DNA of 64,000 bases from Dimorphilus gyrociliatus (GCA_904063045.1 CAJFCJ010000017.1:186001-250000); one strand, 5' to 3'; counted from the stretch's first letter, positions 26,308 through 38,510 are shown. Notes: a model not told the origin generated them from the sequence alone. Translations and numbers: made by a program.

Positions 26308-27311
26308 TTAAACGTTATTATGTTGTATTCCTCCTATAAATTTTTCTATAAGATATAAGAAACAATTTGTTTATAATTTATGCATAAATCAATTAATTTA
26401 CATAAATTAATTACCTTTCTGTTCGTATTCTTTGTCGGTATTATTTAAAATTTTAAATTGATACTCCTTAATCATATCGTATAACTGAAAAGATAGAATA
26501 TTGCTATTATATTCATTTAGTGAATTAATTGAATCTTACTTCTTTTCTTTGAATGAAGAAAAACACTACAAATATTAAACATAAGACGCATAAGACACCT
26601 GTTGTAACGCTCAAAATATTTATCCAAGCTGAATGGTGATGCTTCCTCATTTCTTTGCATAATTGTCCCGAATCGAAGCACAATTTACCTGTTCATTTTT
26701 AAATTGAATTAACTTATTAATTCATTCATTCATTTCGTTTCTATAAGTATTTTATCAATAAAATAATAATACCATTTCTATTAAATTTAATCCTTCTGAA
26801 CTGCTGCTTTCCATATCTTCTATTGCAACTACTCGATGTTAAATTATATTGATAGTCTTCTAATTCACAGCCACATTTGTTATCTCTTGTTCTACTTCCA
26901 TACTCGCATATGCATTCTAGTTCGTCATTGCAGCGCTCCCTAAAGCAATATAGTATAATTATACACTGCAAAGTATATACAGTATATAAAATATCATTAA
27001 AAAAGTGCTTACTTCTCCATGCAAGTGCGAATATCCCATAAACGTGGATTGGAATTATCAATATAATTGCGTCGTTTTCTATATGTTTGCACATGTGAAA
27101 ATGTATTTTCTTCGCACTTTCGACATCCATCTCCATAGCTAGTCTTATTACAAGCAATAGGTTCATAACCAATTTTACATGCAATTTCAACGCATAGAAA
27201 CACTGAAGTACCATTAACATCTTCTCTCGGATAGAGACTTTTCCCGTCAGTAGTCTTCAATAGATTTAGAGATAAAATTATTAAGAATTTAATTACGATT
27301 CTATTAGACAT
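26308..27311 (-). CDS. TNFR-like single-pass receptor, copy B (short tail)
   Basis: Exon 27311-27013 (signal peptide; CVEIACKIGYEPIAC..GDGCRKCEENTFS); exon from 26939 (ERCNDELECICEYGSRTRDNKCGC); TM exon (WINILSVTTGVLCVLCLIFVVFFFI). Tentative short tail exons end at TAA 26310-26308. Confidence 0.72.
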
Positions 27312-29239
27312 CTCGTCTTCGACGGTTGCTACGAATATCTAAACATGGACTTTAACAAAATTTCGCTTTATATTCTACATATACTTTCGTTTTGTTCCTA
27401 TTGTTATATTTCTAATGAATATTCATTTCCTTTTATTACGTAATTAAAACTCGATATTAATTAGCTTCTTATTATAATATTTGTGTAGAAAAATATGTTT
27501 TCAATTCTGAAATTCAAGTAGCATTTGTACTATTTTCTTAAAAATATCATTATTTTAAATTCATGCATATTATGAATTTATGAATATTCTATAAATTTGT
27601 TTAAATAGTTAATGCTTTTGAATTGAATCAGTACTATTTTACTGAGAGAAGCATTTATTGAAGGGATTCATTGGAATTTTCCATACCGTCTGTAGTCAAA
27701 TTATGGATAACTATGGTTAAGTAATCCGTTAAAAAGCTAATCAATAATATGTTCTTTATTCCAAAATTGAAGTGAGAATTCCCTTTAGTCCTAATACAAA
27801 AGCATAAAAATATTGTTTTCAGAAAATTGACTTCCTTCGTAAAAAATTCGAAAATATATTGAAATCTATAAAGATCAACTATCAGATAAAAAATTTTAAA
27901 CTACGTCCGTTTTAATAATTCTATTCTATTTGGTCTATTAGGTCTTTTTCTTTTTCTTTGAAATTACTTGCAATTGAGAGGGGAATTAGGAATTAAACGT
28001 TTAAAAGTGTAATTGTAGAACGATGGTTCCGTATTTAATAACAGCTAACCAAGAAGTAGAATTAATCAGTCTTCCCAGGTAATATTAATTCAATATTTGA
28101 TCAATTGAAGACCATTAACGTAAACACTTTTTGAATTTCGAGAAATCGGTTATATATTCTAATGGAAAGGAAATATTCTGGAAAATGAAAATAGAAAAAT
28201 AGATTATACTTTTTAAAAACCCTACAAAGCGTTTTTCAATTTGTCGCAAGTATAATTAGGTTGAAAGAACGTTGGTCTAGCTTTTACAAATATTAGCGTC
28301 CTTCATCATAACGATAATTGAATGGAAAACAACATCATTTCAATTTATCCACAAAAGTGAATATGTTTTATTTCTGAATCATTCAATTTCGAAAATAAAA
28401 GAATTAACATTAAGAAGAAATATATTAAAAATAAAACAAACAATTTATTATGAACAATAAGCTAATCTAATGATTGTACCTGCACATCCTACAATGATTA
28501 TCAACGGGGTATAGTTAAAAGGGATATTAGTATCAATTTATGAAGAATTAATAATATTTCTCTTTGGAATTAAAAACAATTTCAAAAAGATATCATTTAA
28601 CATTGAAAGAATAGTAATAAAGATAAAATCACCCTTATACTATCCCATAATCGTATTAAAAAAAGGAAGAGGAACGAATATAAATAAAGAATCCTGTTGA
28701 GAGAATATGATAAGTTACAGATAAGAAATGAAAACAAAACTATGTCATTAAACAATTGATATACAGTATATGTGAAAATCTGCTACATTAGCTAGTATAA
28801 CACTATATAAAGTTCAATACGCAAAGTTAAGTACTAATTATTGATTAATACCTGGACGCGTGAATATAATAAACATAAGTTTGATACTATTTCTCTTTTG
28901 TTAGATTTAATATTTTGTATTAAAATCTCCATTCGGTTATTGATTTATCGATTTGTTTATTGATTATGACAATATCTCTAATACTGTAGATAAAAAAACA
29001 ATAATCAAGTAGTGATATGTTAAGGACTGTCCTTCTATCCTTCTAAATGCCTGACACGAATACTAGGTTTCAATTATCAAAACATATTAAAACGAGAAAT
29101 AAGCAACAATTACAGATTTATCATTTTATCATTTTATGATAGGGTTTATTAGTGTAGTAAAAACATTAAAAAACATATGCTCTAGATTGTTAGTAAAACA
29201 ATGTTCATTTATAAGGATGAAGTCATGTATTCCTATCTT

Positions 29240-30172
29240 TTATCTCTTTATGATCATTGTAGAATAACGAATATCTTTATTTGCATTGTAACATTCAAGA
29301 TGGCAAAATGATAATCACGTCAGCTCTCAGATTTAACCTCTTGTCGGTATAACAACACCGTGTTCTTCATCGTCTAGAGGCTGTTGTTGATTATTAGCTC
29401 TATTACCATCATTAATATTTGAACGATCATTTCGCCGTGGAATACATTGACTTATCCTACTTTTGTACCAAGAGAAGCATCCTATTAAATAACAAGACTT
29501 TATATGAATTAAACTATTTTCATTCTATTTAAAAAGCTACATACCATCGTCTCTTCTGTTGTTATCTCTTCTTTTTACCCGATAATAACCATAAAGTCCA
29601 AGTACTATCAGTATAATAAAAACCGCAATAGATGTGCAAACTGCCACAATAACTATTAAACTTTTTTTACTGTCTTTACTATTCTCATCATTGTGATAAC
29701 ATTCTTCACTCTCTTCGTTAAATTTATGATTTGCTTTGGTACATTTACATTTTGTATTTTCTGTTGCATTTCCATATTGTAAGACTTCTATATCATCTCC
29801 AGTACAAGAACGCCTGAATAAGAAACGTTACCTTTTAAATTATAATCTTCAAACCATGGTTATTTCCTTAATATTATAAGCTTACATTGTTTGACAAGTT
29901 TTCATTTCGCAATTTCCAAATACATCTTCTCTTCTCTTTCTAAATGTTTCAGTATCAGCGAAAGTGCCAGTTGGACAAGCTTGACAGTCGTTGCCTGTAT
30001 TTGTCGCCGTGCAAGCTATGGGTTCTTTTCCTTTGGGGCATTTAATTTCGGCACATCTCATTAGGACATTGTTTCCAAATTTGCAAAACAGATCACCTCT
30101 TCCATTAACAGACTTAAATGACAAGAATAACACATTGAGAAGAAAAGTTATAAAATAAAAAAGAATTGTCAT
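29240..30172 (-). CDS. TNFR-like single-pass receptor, copy C
   Basis: ATG 30172. Exon 30172-29886 (CPKGKEPIAC..GNDCQACPTGTFAD); exon 29813-29545 (RSC..EVLQYGNATENTKCKC, TM LIVIVAVCTSIAVFIILIVLGLYGYY). 3' exons and end coordinate uncertain. Confidence 0.8.
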
Positions 30173-30669
30173 CTTTTGCTTGTTTAAAAAAATTCCTTGG
30201 TTACCGCCATTAATAATATTGAAATCGAGCAATATTATTATCTTAAAAAAGATTATTTTCAGCTGATCTCGAGGATTGAATATACTATTACGGTTGGATG
30301 TGATATATATATATATATATATATAACTTTATGCTTATTAAGTATTAAATCTCGTTGTTAAGTAATCACGTGTATGCACACGTGATTATATTTGTACTGA
30401 TTATTAGTCAAACAGAATACAGCAACCGTTTCATACTGCTACAAACAGTAAAATATATTGTTTCGTAATCGTAGAATAACCGATCTTCAACAGTATCAAA
30501 CGTAGCCTAAAAGTAGTCAAAAAAAAGGGAATACGCAATAATTCAGTGAGAGAATTTTTCGTTTTTTTTGGAACATTCGAAATACAAAACATTCTTTTTT
30601 TCAATTAGATAACTCCACCTTACCTCTTGGAATAAGTTTAAGTTCTATTAAGTGAATTTAAGAAATTAA

Positions 30670-33600
30670 TGAAATGATGAAACCCCAAAGAAGGCATACT
30701 ATGAAAAGGAAGAGTGGAGAACTGGCAGGAAAAGGGATTCTCCGCTCTCTTAGAATGTCGTTAGGGCATATTGAAATAGTTTGGACAGAGGTAGAGTGAC
30801 GCAAGAGATACTTAAAAGGCTTGATAACGCATGGGATAAGATAGAAGAACTTCCAAGGACCAAAGAAGTTTTCACTGGTGTTAGACCTTCAAAGGAGAGC
30901 CAGAACATTATCCCTACAAAATAAAGGAAAAACCTGCATGACCAAGATACCTCCCAACAACTCCAGTGATACGGCAAGGATAACAGACCAGAGAGAACAT
31001 CAAGGAAGGCCATGGGGGGAGAACATGCTGGAAACAAGAGAACCAATATATACTCGACATTCCAATAGTGGGCCAATGGATTCCTTCGACATCCCATTGC
31101 AAGGAGGCATTGAAAAGGGTACTAACACTTTATCAATGGGCCTATAAATCAATTGTATTCAAAATACGAGATTTTCTTAAAACAAATGGATTTCGTCAAG
31201 AACGAACTACAGGTAGTTTTCAACAAATAATTAGACGACGTGAAAGGACTGATGAAATGTGATCAGAACTGCCAGATGGCTAAGGAAAATAAGGAATGGT
31301 TAGAAAGAATGGCTTTATGGGTGGATGAAATCTCATACAGAATAAGTTCTACAGCTACAGTGGGCATAGTGGACATATCGCCTCCAGGAGAGTTGTCTGA
31401 ATATATCTATGATGAACATAATATGCCGCTACTGCAATTTGTGTTGAGAACTCAAACAGTTTTAGAAACATACCCTAATGCAACCGATAGGGTTAAGTGT
31501 CATTACTTATTATAGGTCACAAAGGGACTACAACACAAGTATGTTCTGATGTATGAGTATGCAAAAAATCCCTTTCAGGATGTATGGAAGTTGTGGAAGA
31601 GTGGAATTGGAAAGGATGGGCCAACCATTAATGATACTATAGAAAAGGTAAAAATTGGGTTTGGTCAGAGTAGGGAGGAAGGAATGATGGTGTCATTGGC
31701 CATCTTACAGAGAGAGATATCTAATGGTAGAACAACCAGAGGACAGAGCTACTTTGGAAGAGGTATCCTCTCTTTGTTCAGCTATTTTATCTCTGCTACC
31801 TAAAGGGCTATGCAGCAGATTCCTCGAAAAGTTCAGCTTGGAAGTAAATGAGGCCTTTCACTCAGCACCCCTTCGAGAGGAACTACTGAAATTCATAAAT
31901 TCAATATGTAAAAATGAAGAGGCGATGACAATGTACAAGAAAGATGATGCTAAGAATAAGAAATTCAAACCAGCGTCAGTCACAACCCACAAGAAGAGTA
32001 ATTGTCCAGCTGACAAATGCCAACCTGACATCAGAAACTGTGAATTTTTTAGGGACTGTTCTTATGGCAGCAAAAAAGGGATCCTATGAGAGAACAAACT
32101 CTGCTTTAAATGTATTGGAACAGGACATCTGGTTACGGCCTGTCAGTCTGGTGTCAGATGCAACAAGTGCAAAGGGAATCATAACACCTTACTGCATGCC
32201 TCAAAAGAGGCTACATCAGGGTCTGGGACCAGTTATAGCACACCCAGAGTTAAACCCAAATATAAGAAGGTCAGTGGAGTGACTGCTACAAACTCCTTAG
32301 CCATCACACAGTTACCCTTAGTGGTTTTTGAGACTAAAAATAAAAAGGTATCCACACTGATGGATGCAGGTTCGCAGATCTCAATGATAACAAGGAATGT
32401 GCCACCAGACTCAAACTAAACAAAATTGGACAAGTACATCTGCAGTTGTGTACACTCCTTGGAGGGGAAAGTCTGTAACAGACGTAGTAGTAATTCCTCT
32501 ACCACACAAACTAGGTGTCAGAGAGGCAGTTGTTAGAGAAAAGCTCATAGAGGTCCATCAAGAAGGAGAAACCGTAGAGATACACTGAGCACCTTGAATG
32601 GTAAATTCCAGTTAACAAAAAGCTATTTGAATAATGTTTTATAAGAGAGAGACTAAAAGAGCCAGACCCGGAATTTAAAATTCCAAGCCAGATTCTCAGT
32701 GTTACATACAAAGAAAGACTGACGAAGTCCTTGTAAACCTACTACCCCTACAAAAGGAAATAGCCTTTACAAGAGAACTCGCTAGTATAATAGCTATAGT
32801 CTATGACCCATTAGGCCTTGTGGTACCCAGGCTGCTACCCTTTCGGCTACTATTCTCTGAAGTGATAAGGATCAATAGTGACTGGTTTGCACAACTATCA
32901 GGTGAACAGCAGGCAATGTTACAAAAACTCAGAAAATCCACCCAAGAAATAGTAAAATGTAAAAGATTCATTGGTGGGAATAAGCTAAACATGATGAGCA
33001 ATGCTTCACTAAAGGCCCATTGTGCGACAGCCTATTTGGGAGAAGGCAATAAGATGGCCCTACTACCTGCTAAGGCTAGAATCAATGAAAGAAATGTTAA
33101 CTCCATGCCAAAGGCAGAGTTACAGGCTGCAGTAAACGCAGTAAAGCTATATAAAAAACTGAATATACAGGGAGTAGAAGTTAATTTCATACTGATAATA
33201 ATGCCAACTTCAGACAGATACAAAATGCTAATGCTAAGCTGGATGAATTCACAAGGAACAGAATAAGGTACATTACAAGTAATTCGAACCCCTCTTCTTG
33301 GAGATGGATTGAAGGCAAGACAAATCCAGCTGACCTCAGGAAAAAGAAAGCATTCAGATGACCAATGGCTGACACCTGTTATATCTGGTATGACTCAGTG
33401 TGTAGCACTGGGGAATATCTTTAGACCATTTTCTCATAACTGGGAAAAGATGGTGAGGATAGCACAACTTGTAGTGAAGTGGGCACACCTGAATATGCCA
33501 GTATATCAACAAAGGAGACTAGCAATAGCCTACCTGTTGAGGGATGAGCAAAGATGCAATTCAAGCAAGAAGTTCCCTGAGCTGGAACCATTTGAAGACC

Positions 33601-34570
33601 CCTATGGAGTTATCAGAATAAATGGAAGGTTGAGGAGTGTACATGGAATACCATATGATGAACGGCACCCGATTCTAATAATGAAAACATCAGACCTGTT
33701 TAAAGCCATAGTCTTCACAGCTCACAAGGAAGCAGCACATCAGGGTGTACAAAAGACTAGGGCATGGATCAGAAAGAGATTCTGGCTGCACAAAGGAACA
33801 GCACAGATAAAGACCATTGTTGAAACATGTCCCTACTGCATATGTTACAAGACAAGCAGGACTTGCAGTATTTGGCAAGCTCCTCTACCAAATGTGTGTA
33901 CTGAGAAACCACCTCAACCCTTTGGAAATGTAGGAGTAGATCATACAGGACCATATTACACTGATGAAGGTGAACAAAGATTTATTTTGCTTATAGCCTG
34001 CTACCAAACAAGGGCAGTGCACATGGAGAGCTGTACATCAACATCCTTTGCACATACAAAGGAAGCGTGGATTAGGTTTATGACAAGCCGAGGCCACCCA
34101 GAGAATGCACACTCCGATGGTGCAGGAGCATTTAGGAGATTGTCTCAGGAAATGGAAAGGGTGGGAATCTGCTTGAAACTGATACCTGCTAATTCTCCTC
34201 ATAGAGGAGGATTATGGGAATCTTTAGTGAAACCAGTCAAGAGTACCTTGCAAGTGTTAAACAAGGAGACACCAACAGAGGAAATCCTAAGGACTGCAAT
34301 CACTCTGACCGAAAGTATCGTCAACCAAAGACTATTGACAACTATCCTGCATCTTTCTTATGGATCCAATCCAAGGAAAAGAAAAAAATGAGAAACTCCT
34401 ATGAACAAATGGAATCAATCAGGTCTATGCTGGAGAGAATACACATCCACTCTACAAACTATCTCGAAATGGAACAAACAGAGTGGGCGAACCCCGAAGG
34501 TTAATGATCTGGTAGTCTTAGTTAGTGACTCCTTAAGACGCCACAATTGGAAAATAGGGTGTGTATGGAG
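30670..34570 (+). mobile_element. Decayed Bel/Pao LTR retrotransposon lacking RT and recognisable LTRs
   Basis: Higher-GC block. Gag knuckles LCFKCIGTGHLVTAC..RCNKCKGNHNTLLH (~32095-32195); protease LMDAGSQISMI (~32357-32390); RNase H-region YDPLG, AKAR..MPKAEL; GRL..HPILI; integrase HHCC, GVDHTGP, SDGAGAF, SPHRGGLWESLVK; DUF5641-like WREY...PKVNDLV..WKIG. Many stops and frameshifts. Confidence 0.9.
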
Positions 34571-34849
34571 AATAAAAAAGTCTTTGAAAATGAAGGAATA
34601 CAGTTTCGTCTCCTATTTAATTTCTGTCAATAAATGCATAGCTCTCTTTTCGTAGATGCTCTTTGTTTTATTATTAAATCAACATCATGTAGACGCTTCC
34701 AGTGGAAACTAATTTATTATTCGTTTAACAGATAGATATAACGAAATTTTTACAAAATATACAAACAACATTTAATATCTCGACTATAGAAAATTTACAA
34801 TAGTTTTCTATTCTTTCAAATGATTTTCAACATCATTAACTATTTCTTG

Positions 34850-35812
34850 TATTTCTCATCTTTCATCTCTTTATCATCATTGTAGAATAACGAATATCTT
34901 TATTTATTTTTTCCGTGAACAATTTTAAAAGTACCTGTATAGCAACATTGAAGATTGTAAAATTATTACTTTTATCAAATGATAGGAATAAGGAAATGAC
35001 AGATTACCTATATTTATGTCATTTGAAGGTTTTATTGGATTAACAACTGTATTACCATTATTAATATTTGAACGATCATTTCGCCGTGGAATACATTGTC
35101 TTATCCTACTTTTGTACCAAGAGAAGCATCCTATTAAATAACAAGACTTTATATGAATTAAACTATTTTCATTCTATTTAGAAAGCTACATACCATCGTC
35201 TCTTCTGTTGTTGTCTCTTCTTTTTACCCGATAATAACCATAAAGTCCAAGTACTATCAGTATAATAAAAACCGCAATAGATGTGCAAACTGCCACAATA
35301 ACTATTAAAGATTTTTTACTGTTCTCATGTTTGCAATAACATGTTTTACTCTCTTCGTTAAATTTACAATTTGCTGTGGTACATTTACATTTTGTATTTT
35401 CTGTTGCATTTCCATATTGTAAGACTTCTATATCATCTCCAGTACAAGAACGCCTGAATAAGAAACGTTACCTTTTAAATTATAATCTTCAAACCATGGT
35501 TATTTCCTTAATATTATAAGCTTACATTGTTTGACAAGTTTTCATTTCGCAATTTCCAAATACATCTTCTCTTCTCTTTCTAAATGTTTCAGTATCAGCG
35601 AAAGTGCCAGTTGGACAAGCTTGACAGTCGTTGCCTGTATTTGTCGCCGTGCAAGCTATGGGTTCTTTTCCTTTGGGGCATTTAATTTCGGCACATCTAA
35701 TTGGATCACTGTTTCCAAATTCGCAAAACAGATCACCTCCTCCATTAACAGATTTAAATGACAAGAATAACACATAGAGAAGAAAAGTTATGAAACTAAA
35801 ATGAATTCTCAT
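34850..35812 (-). CDS. TNFR-like single-pass receptor, copy D (recent duplicate of C)
   Basis: ATG 35812. Near-identical to copy C at an offset of 5640-5649 bp, with the same exon structure. 3' end uncertain. Confidence 0.8.
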
Positions 35813-36633
35813 TTTACAGATTTACTTGCTATAGCTACTAATATATATGATAGTTACTGTTGCAATCAATATCAATAATATTGATATAGACTTGAAATCA
35901 AGTCTATATCAATCTCGTTGATTAATATGATAGACTATAAATCGGCCTGTATGTTTAATCTGGCTCGAAAATAGATTGTTCTGAGAAGAAATTGTTTTAT
36001 TGTTAATTTCATACTAGTTTATGATTTATGGAACAAATATCTAAAATGAAAGATGTACAATATATTTCCACCGACATTTAATATTTGACTATAGAGAAAG
36101 GTGCGATAGTTTTTTAATCTCTTTAGCATCATTGTAGAACAACGAATATCTTTGCGTCTATAAACGCTTGTTAAAATGATGCTCTATTTGCCTTGATTAC
36201 GCAGAGTATTGACTAGACCCTGTTCAGATCTTTCACTTGCAATTAACTAACTTCCTACAATTGTTCTTTAACATTTGTTATTAATTTCAAATGATTTTAT
36301 AACTTAATTAAATACGAAGTTGAAAACTTTTTATACATCATAAAGAGAGTTATTTCTACTATCATCAAGATAAGGAACAGTTGAGGAAACAGTAATAACT
36401 GTGTCTATTAAAGAGAACATATATATTTATATTATAAAGTAGAAAATCGGAAACCAACTTTTTTCGCCCTCATCCTCTCAACTCTTCGTACGCGATTATG
36501 CAATCGATATGTCTATGAATAGACCTAGGTATTATTAGAAAAAAGAGAGAGAGGTTATTTTTTTTATTAATCTCAAATTAACAAATAAATAAAAAAGAAT
36601 TGCGAAGAACATAAAAATTGATAAAGAAATTTT

Positions 36634-38510
36634 TTAATGATTTGGTAAAAAATAATAATTCATAGACATTCCTAAAGCCTTAAATTCACATGCTTGATTT
36701 TTGTAAAATTTCGTAATGATGTAGTCGGTCTTGTGCAAGATTGTGCATAGTGATTCTGCATGAGCGTAATGTTTCATTGCATATATAAAACTTCGAATAA
36801 ACAATGTACCCAAATCAGATCGGCAAGCAAGGGAACCTATACAAAATAAAGAAAATGAATTGGTGATTTTCTTAATATAAAATTATTTTACCCTCAAGAG
36901 TAGCGTTGATAATGTATGTATACTTTTTTCCATTGCATGTGTCATCTCCTACCAAAGCATCTTGATATGGATAGCTGTGGTCGTTGTTGCTTGCTGACAC
37001 CACTTTGTGTTTATAAAAAGCATTTAGAATGTTTTTTCTTTAATAATTAAATAAATAACTGACTCTTACGGCAAGTCTGGAAAAAGAAGAGTTTTGGTTT
37101 AGTCTTTAGTAATGGGCAGTTTTCTCCATCAAAGAAGTCAATTAAAGAATCGTATTCCAAAAATTTAGAATCTTTCAGTTTAAAAGAATTTTTATTTCCG
37201 TGAGCTAAGATAAAAACAATGAGCGACTTAATGTTCTTCAAATTTGTTTCGTTAGATTTGATGTTGTTCAATTCATTTAGAAATTCCTCTTTAGTATAAT
37301 CTTCCAAAAGGGTAAACTTGTATTTTAGTTTAGTTTCAAACAGCGTTCTCAGATTAAAAGAATCTAATTCTGCTCCTTCTCGCTCCTTAAGGATGTTTAG
37401 AACCAGTACATGATTGAGGCCTTTAGTGTCGTGAATAGTCTGAAATAATGAAAGAAGAACTCTCTGTTCAGTACATAGATAGTAGAAAAATATTAATAAT
37501 TACGCCGCACTCAATGCCGTCTTTTAATTCTTTGGTATCTAAAATTGAATACTTTTCTAACTTGATCGGAATTTTCCCCTTCTTTTCTTCAACATGTACA
37601 GAAAGAATAAAACTCTGTATAATAAATAACAGAAATGGAAAGAAAAATTTCTATATACCATCTTCCTTACAGTCCTTTATGAGTTGTTCTGATGATTCAT
37701 CATTTTCATCCGCTGTAGCGTTAAGTTCGGATTAGAAACAGAATAAAACTCTGTATGATAAATAAAAGAAATGGAAAGACGAATTTCTATATACCACTTT
37801 CATTAGATTCCTCTATGAGTTGTTTCTGTGATTTATCTTTTATAACTAGAGTGCTCTCTTTGGCTAGAAGTCTTCTAGCTAATATTATTAAAATAGCTAC
37901 AAGTAAGATTACAACTGCGACGACTATTATTACTACTTCCAATGTTTCTTGACTTTGCGGTGGACTAGGAGACACTGTATTTGTACGATTTGTAGGTTCA
38001 GGTGAAGCAGCACTAATATTAAGAAATTTCTCAAAGCATGAATTGTCACCGGCTTGATATTCGTATTTTGGATCTGTACATTTGCAAATGTTGTCCATTT
38101 CTTCGTTACCCTTTTCAGCTAAAGTCATGTGTTCATTATCACAGCTCTTTCTGTTTGTGTTAAGTATATTTATTATATAAAAGTTTTTAAATAGCTTTAA
38201 AATCTAATTACTGTTGTTCACAAGTAGTAGTTTTGCAGACGTTAGAATCGGAGCGTTTTTCTCTAAATCCTCCTGTTGTAGAAAAATATCCTTCGGGACA
38301 CTTGACACAATCAGAGCCGTTGTTCTTGATAGAACATTCAGCTGGTTCAAATCCCATAGGACAGTGTACCAAAGCGCAGGTATGAGCAGTATAGTCAGTT
38401 GGTGATAGAAATTTGCAAAAAGCTTTCTTCACAACAGGGACGGTGTTGGATATCCGAATGAAATAGTAGATTAAAAGGATAGTAAAGCTAGACAACAAGA
38501 GCTTCGCCAT
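36634..38510 (-). CDS. TNFR-like receptor-caspase fusion (copy E), about 488-490 aa: signal peptide, CRDs, TM, acidic linker, caspase p20+p10
   Basis: Exons 38510-38212, 38150-37795, 37712-37659, 37586-37504, 37439-37070 (or 37064), 36993 (or 37002)-36892, 36836-36634. All introns are GT-AG, about 55-85 bp and phase-compatible. Caspase motifs: VLVLN..KEREGAELD, FILAHG, CPLLKTKPKLFFFQTC, IINATLEGSLACRSDLGTLFIR, YYFLP. Confidence 0.8.

Noticed and set aside
27600-28450. Possible caspase exons or decayed LRR gene downstream of copy C
   Set aside because: No caspase motif in the minus-strand frames I read (about 28420-27900); resemblance to the 62-kb LRR gene is weak and interrupted by stops.
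30300-34700. LTRs, PBS and target-site duplication for the Bel/Pao element
   Set aside because: No terminal direct repeat or TG..CA pair found by eye.
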